Below are positions 58,804 through 64,000 of a stretch of 64,000 nt of DNA, piece after piece; the first letter of the stretch is position 1, and each line of letters begins with the position of its first letter. The DNA comes from Tubulanus polymorphus (Eukaryota; Animalia; Nemertea). The translations under genes and the position numbers were made by a program. The notes below the pieces were generated by a model. The model saw only the letters and a program-made list of their open reading frames with translations, did no database searches and had not been told where the DNA came from. The stretch is taken from positions 12,246,485 through 12,310,484 of the forward strand of contig NC_134027.1 in assembly GCF_964204645.1 (NCBI RefSeq), given 5' to 3'.

Positions 58804-60434
58804 AATGCTCACATCGTGTGTGTGCTGTGTGACTGTATATACATTCACATGAAAACTGTCAGTGTTGCAGCAGTTCTTGCTTATCGTACTTGAGTTAGAA
58901 AGCCCTGCCATCACGCAGTATGTTTGTAGTGATCATTTAGAAAAAAATGGGGTAGAAATCTATCTCGCCTTGGGGCAAAAAGTCACTATTATTATTTTGT
59001 TGAATACCACAATCATTTACAAAGTTAAGGTGGTAGCTCACGACCTGTTCTTGTTAAATTGTGCTTGAGTTTCAAGGTCAGTTTTGTATAAAGGGGCAAG
59101 TAGAATTACAAAGTATTGTCATATGGTTACAATTGAATATTACGTTGCTCTCACCACGAGTAGTTCATGGATTTTCTGGCTTCTAACGATGTCTCTCATC
59201 CAGCTACTTAATGGCCTCTGCCATCTTTTCCCCTGGTGGTTACATGTTAACACCTGCTTGGTAATGCGAGTGTATTGGTTTTTTCCCAAAATATGACCAA
59301 TCCATCGCCACCATTGTCCCGTTATCTCAACTTCAATTGGTTTTTGACCAGCTATATTCCAGAGATCTCTGTGCATGACTATTGATAGTTGTGTTGCTTG
59401 CTATGTTTAACGACCATAGAATAACTGACAGAACATTAGAAGATCGTTAGTTTTGTCTTCTTAGAGATCTTAGGTGTAGTCCATGTATTCTTCATATTCA
59501 AGAACACAACTTATGCATTCTGGATCGATGCCTTGATATTATCGTCATTACTACTTTACCAATTACACTTGTTAGACCGATTTTCTTCACTTTGATCTAT
59601 GGTTTTATGATGGGAGGAGGATAAAAAGATGTCAACTTGTCTCTTAAGCAGGATAGGGTCTGCTTTGTCCATGACCTTCGTTTTTCCACCATGCACATTC
59701 AGACCAGTATATACTGGGGTGGTGTGCAATGTCGTTATCTTATATTGCATCTGATCCAGCTGGATGAGCAGGATAGTCCTCTGCCAAGTCAAACTGCCTG
59801 AAGACAGTCCACTGGATTCCATTTACTTTGTTGTTTGTTGTCTCTATCATGATCCAGTCAATTGCTGTTAGAAAGAATGGAGGAGGTATGCGTTCTTGTC
59901 TTATACTATCTTGCATCTGATCCAACCCGATGGGCAGTAAAGTGAGGTCTTCTTGCAAGTCAACGTCTTCAAACTGCCTGAAGACAGTCCACTGGATTCT
60001 ATTTGCTTTGCTGTTTGTTGTCTCTATCATGATCCAGTCAATTGCTATGAGAAAGCATGATGGGAGTAAACATAATTGTCTTATACCAGTCTTTTCCTCA
60101 AATGGATCACCAGGCCTTTATCCCATGAAGATTCAGAGCCTGATAAGTTTTCTGGACAAGCAGAACAACTTTTCTAGTGAACCGTAGTACAGTGAACCCC
60201 GCATAAGTAATAGTCTTTTACGTCATGTCCGAGTTACGTGTAAGTCGTATTTTTACGAGTTATCTATAAGTTATCTATTCCGCGAATAACCCGTGAAAAT
60301 ACGATATATCAGCATGGTTCGTCATGTGCCCGGTCGTATCATGAGCAGATCCTATATCGCTCAATCAATCAATTAAAGCTGCTAAGTGCACCACGCTGCT
60401 TTACGATGTAACTTTCTGAACACTTACACTGACA

Positions 60435-61280
60435 GTACGATAACCACACTCAAACGTGGTGAACAGATGATAAGATAAAAAACCCACTACATGTATTTAT
60501 AAATTAAAAGAAATCTAAAATCGAGAATTTATTTATTGAAACAATCTAAAATGTAAAAACACCACTTTTCAATCTCACCCTTGAGATCATCGTCAGGTGT
60601 AAGTCGATGTGCCGCGCAAAGATTCTTGATGCCTGAATGAAGAGAGTGCCAGAGGAAACTATCAGGTATATGGTGTCTGAGAAAGCGTTCTGCTTGGTGC
60701 ATTTTATAGAAATTGGAGTTGGTAGTTTCTTTAGCTTCCAAAATGCAATGTCTGAGATGAGATGCCTCTTCATGAGAAAATGGTTGATCAGATTTGAATT
60801 TATTCAACCAGTTCAGAGATTTTGGAATAACCTGTTCTTGGAGACATTTTTGAAGAAATAAGACGTTTTCTTTTGATCTGTGAGCTTTATAAGCAGCAAA
60901 TTCGTATTTTCGAAAGGCAAGGATCAAATGAGGAAAGGTTATAAATAAGAATTTCAAAGCCAAATTAAAAACCGTGGGTAACATAATAGTACGATAACCA
61001 CACTCAAACGTGGTGAACAGATGATAAGATAAAAAGACCCACTATTTACAAATTAAAAGAAATCTAAAATCGAGAATTTATTTAATGAAACAATCTGAAA
61101 TGTAAAAACACGACGGTTCGATCTCACCCTCGATATCATCGTCAGGTGTGATCATGGTCCTGACGATGATCTCTAGGGTGAGATCGAAACGTTGCGTTTT
61201 TACATTTTAGATTGTTTCAATAAATAAATTCTCGACTTTAGATTTCTTTTAATTTGTAAATAGTGAGTTTTTTTATCTTA
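60435..61280 (-). mobile_element. Non-autonomous Penelope derivative: inverted pLTR + pLTR + 5' ORF fragment + pLTR
   Basis: Direct copies 60435-60600 and 60989-61149; inverted copy 61159-61280. ORF 60529-60984 contains FLQKCLQEQVIPKSL (Penelope N-terminal motif). 9-bp TSD ACACTGACA at 60426-60434 and 61281-61289. Confidence 0.82.
61160..61197 (+). ncRNA. Hammerhead core motif (one of three copies; others at about 61107-61149 and 60558-60600 on minus)
   Basis: CTGACGA-T-GATCTC(TAGGGT)GAGATC-GAAA-C-GTT. The minus copies retain stem I ACAC/GTGT, but each carries a core or cleavage-site substitution. Confidence 0.65.
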
Positions 61281-61302
61281 ACACTGACAATATTGTAGCG
61301 TA

Positions 61303-61745
61303 TTTTAGGCCAGCCGTAGGCTGAGCCTATTACTATACAAATGGAGCGAATTTAAATGACATGGTTTCCAGAGTAAAGGCTGTGTGACTGTGCAACTGAG
61401 CAATATATTCATACAAATCATTCATTAGAGCATTATCCATTCTCCAACCTCTATGAAGCTGAATTTTGAAAGAGGGCCTTGTCAAAATTTATATGAGCTT
61501 TTCCACAAAAATCTGATCGCAAAAAATATCTGTTTTAAAAAGCCAATCAGAAAGCAAAGACTCCTCTATGATTGGCTTAACCGCAGGGATCAGCAGGTGT
61601 TCACGTGAACCCGCGGTATTGTCTACCATTTTACTTCCCGGTTTTATCTTAAGATCTAAAATTGTATTTCAATATCAATTTCTGTGAAATCTTTAGTTGA
61701 TTTGGTTTTTGGGAGGAATATCTTTATTTGCACAACAGAAAATAT
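61303..61745 (+). mobile_element. Second, shortened copy of the HINE-like element
   Basis: 61306-61370 nearly identical to 37556-37620; 61590-61745 similar to 56985-57135. Confidence 0.75.
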
Positions 61746-62703
61746 TGATTCAAGGTTTAAAGAAGAAAATCGGGACCAAATTAATTATATGAGATATGTG
61801 ATGATACGACTAATTCGATGACGACTTATGCGGAGTTGACTAATACCTGAGTTGTCTCCATAGGGTTTCTCTGTCTAGGCTGTTGAACGTCTTCTCCTTA
61901 CCCACTAAACTGATATCAAGTGGACTGTTCCATTCAAGAAACCGTTAGATGATTATCGTGGGAGTTGCCATTTAGTTGATGGACTTGTTCTGGACGTCTA
62001 GTGCAGCTTTTGATCTCACAAAGATTCAATAGTTTTGCCTTTTCCCTCGTGCTAACAGTAACATTATGCCCTAAAGTTGTTGCATTGCTAGAGGTCTTCT
62101 TTTTTCGTTGCTTTCACCAGGAATCCCGTTTTTGAAATTCTTTTTTTGTTTTGTTTGATGCGGTTCTTTACTACTTCGTTGGATTTGGTGTAGCACTCAT
62201 GAGCTTGAAGGCTTTGTGCTGCTCAGTCTTCTATTTCCCAATGGTAAGCTCATATGCCTCAGTCCAGACTGTTCCAATCAGTTTCCAGTTCAAGATTTTG
62301 GTACTCAATTTCCTGTGTCAATACTTGAAACTGGTTTGACATTGTCACACCAAATTATTCTGCTGCATTTCCTTGAGGTAGTCCACATTATACCTGTGGT
62401 ATTTGCAGAGGAATTTCAATCTTCTTTAGTGCCTCTTTCTAAGCATGAGTGCAACACCTGCTGTATATGGAGCATCGTCATTTTCAGGTCCAGAATGCAA
62501 AGTTAACTCTCAAGAATGTAGTTTTCTCCGTCCAGACTGGCAAAGTTAACATACTTGACATATGACTTATATTGGCACCATAACAAATGTTGTTTTAATT
62601 GAATTAATTCTCGTTTAGAAAAATCTTAGAACAGAATGAGCAGTGATATTAATAAGGATGACATTGTGATTAACTTTTACTGTTATTTGTATTGATATTT
62701 CAG

Positions 62704-62849
62704 AATTACAAGTTAAGCTTTATGAATATTGAGGGATCAACTAAGTCCAGTTGGAAAGGTGCAGCTGCAACAATTGTTGAGTCTAGGGGAAGTTATGTCT
62801 ATGGTGTGGTCTATGAGATTTCATTGAAGGAGCAAAAAAATTTAGACAT
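62704..62849 (+). CDS. GGCT: Gamma-glutamylcyclotransferase, second coding exon
   Basis: TTTCAG acceptor. Reads NYKLSF...SSWKGAAATIVESRGSYVYGVVYEI...NLD. Donor GTATGT at 62850, phase 2. Confidence 0.9.
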
Positions 62850-63278
62850 GTATGTAATATACAACGGTAACTGTAAACATCGTTAATTCAGGTCCACTGA
62901 AAAAACAGCCATTTTTTGTTGTCATCATTCCGAGGACCAATCCATCGCAAGTTTCTTGTCACCACATATGCATGAGAGGTTTGGTATATTTCCAAATAAT
63001 CGAATATCTGTATGACAATAAAGATATTCGATGTTCAATGTTGAAAAGAGATTTTTTATAATGATTCTATTAAGTTAAAGTATAATTACATAGCTAAAAT
63101 TCATAATGACTATGTACATCATTCTGAGCTGATGTAGTATTTGATTGACTTGACCTAAACCCCGATTTACCGCCACACTGATTACCGCCAAAATCAGGGA
63201 TCCCCACGGGTGGCATTAAATTGAGGTATGACTATAGTCTTACTTCAATAAAGTAATTGACGTACTCTGTCGTTACAG

Positions 63279-63558
63279 CCAAGAGTTAGTCGCTGTTGGC
63301 AGATATCATCGAATAGAAGTTGAAGTTTTAGTCGACGACGGCGTTCCTCTGAAGTGTTGGTGTTACCAAATATGTCACCCACAGGCTGTGATCGGTGCAC
63401 CATCACCGCAGTACAAAGATGTCATAGTTCGTGGAGCAGTACAGAATAATTTACCACATGATTACTTGACATTTTTACACAACATTGAAGACAATAAATA
63501 CGATGGGGAATGCGAACTGTACGATACTGTGATGAAATTTTATGCTGACAATCAGTAG
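63279..63558 (+). CDS. GGCT: Gamma-glutamylcyclotransferase, last coding exon
   Basis: TTACAG acceptor; the phase-2 join gives LD-I-QE with the catalytic Glu retained. Reads QELVAVGRYHRIEVEV...CWCY...PSPQYKDVIVRGAVQNNLPHDY...IEDNKYDG; TAG at 63556-63558. Confidence 0.9.
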
Positions 63559-64000
63559 ACTGGTTTTCTAGATAAAACCCTTCCTCGTCATACATTTTAA
63601 TATTATCCATTTTGAATTTAAATGATGCCATGCATTGAAAACAAGGGACAAAGTGGTGATTTAATAGTGAATTGTTTCAATAATCTTAATTATCCAATAT
63701 CAATTGTCTATCGCTGCAATCAAAATATTATATTGATTGCAGCAATTTGCATATAAAAGCCAAGCCGGGCAAGACATGAATTTGAGATGGAAACACTTTT
63801 CTAGCTTATTTCTTGAAGAATAGTTTAACCAATCAGAGTTTTGCTTAGCACTTAAGCGGGCAGACCCATTGGTCGAAACAAAGTAGCAAAAATGTGCCGT
63901 TTTATTTCTTAGAGAATCACAAGCAAAATTGAGGACTGCACCTAAAAGTTAAGTGTGTCTCCGGTGTTTAGAAAAAATGTACTCTATTGGAAATGGGACC

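Larger units (their letters stand above)
59130..62550 (-). mobile_element. Fragmented RTE-clade LINE (EN piece 61840-62550, RT/C-terminal piece 59130-60180), interrupted by later insertions
   Basis: SGPENDDAPYTAGVALML (EN); FLTAIDWIM..T..NGIQWT..QFED.D...DL.LL (duplicated, 59745-60050); WRWIGHIL...ITKQVL....GKR. Confidence 0.7.

Overview
AT-rich animal (probably marine invertebrate) genomic DNA made almost entirely of nested mobile elements around one host gene, a three-coding-exon gamma-glutamylcyclotransferase (GGCT-like; 37275-63558, +). From left to right: a Helentron/HINE-type 3' end with a 154-bp tandem array; a Penelope retroelement with hammerhead motifs in its pLTRs; a spliced, decayed Mutator-like transposon carrying PHD and Ulp1 domains, interrupted by a Gypsy element; a BEL/Pao element; a CR1 LINE interrupted by four nested DNA elements, including a piggyBac; and an open intronless MULE transposase ORF. 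The 25-kb GGCT intron holds a complete 18.4-kb Maverick/Polinton (37954-56356; 6-bp TSD GGCCCA, about 576-bp TIRs). It encodes pPolB, penton, MCP, packaging ATPase, integrase-chromodomain, an HNH-like protein and six membrane proteins, but no recognisable protease. Main finding: 14 of its 17 gene starts read TAAATG, and seven consecutive structural/membrane genes share a fixed-spacing TAATTTTT-N8-TAAATG motif. A second, A-tract class lies upstream of pPolB and a few other genes. This resembles poxvirus late and intermediate promoters and suggests a helper-dependent, virophage-like element. Its TIRs are themselves 405-bp fold-back palindromes. All calls are by eye; no searches were run.
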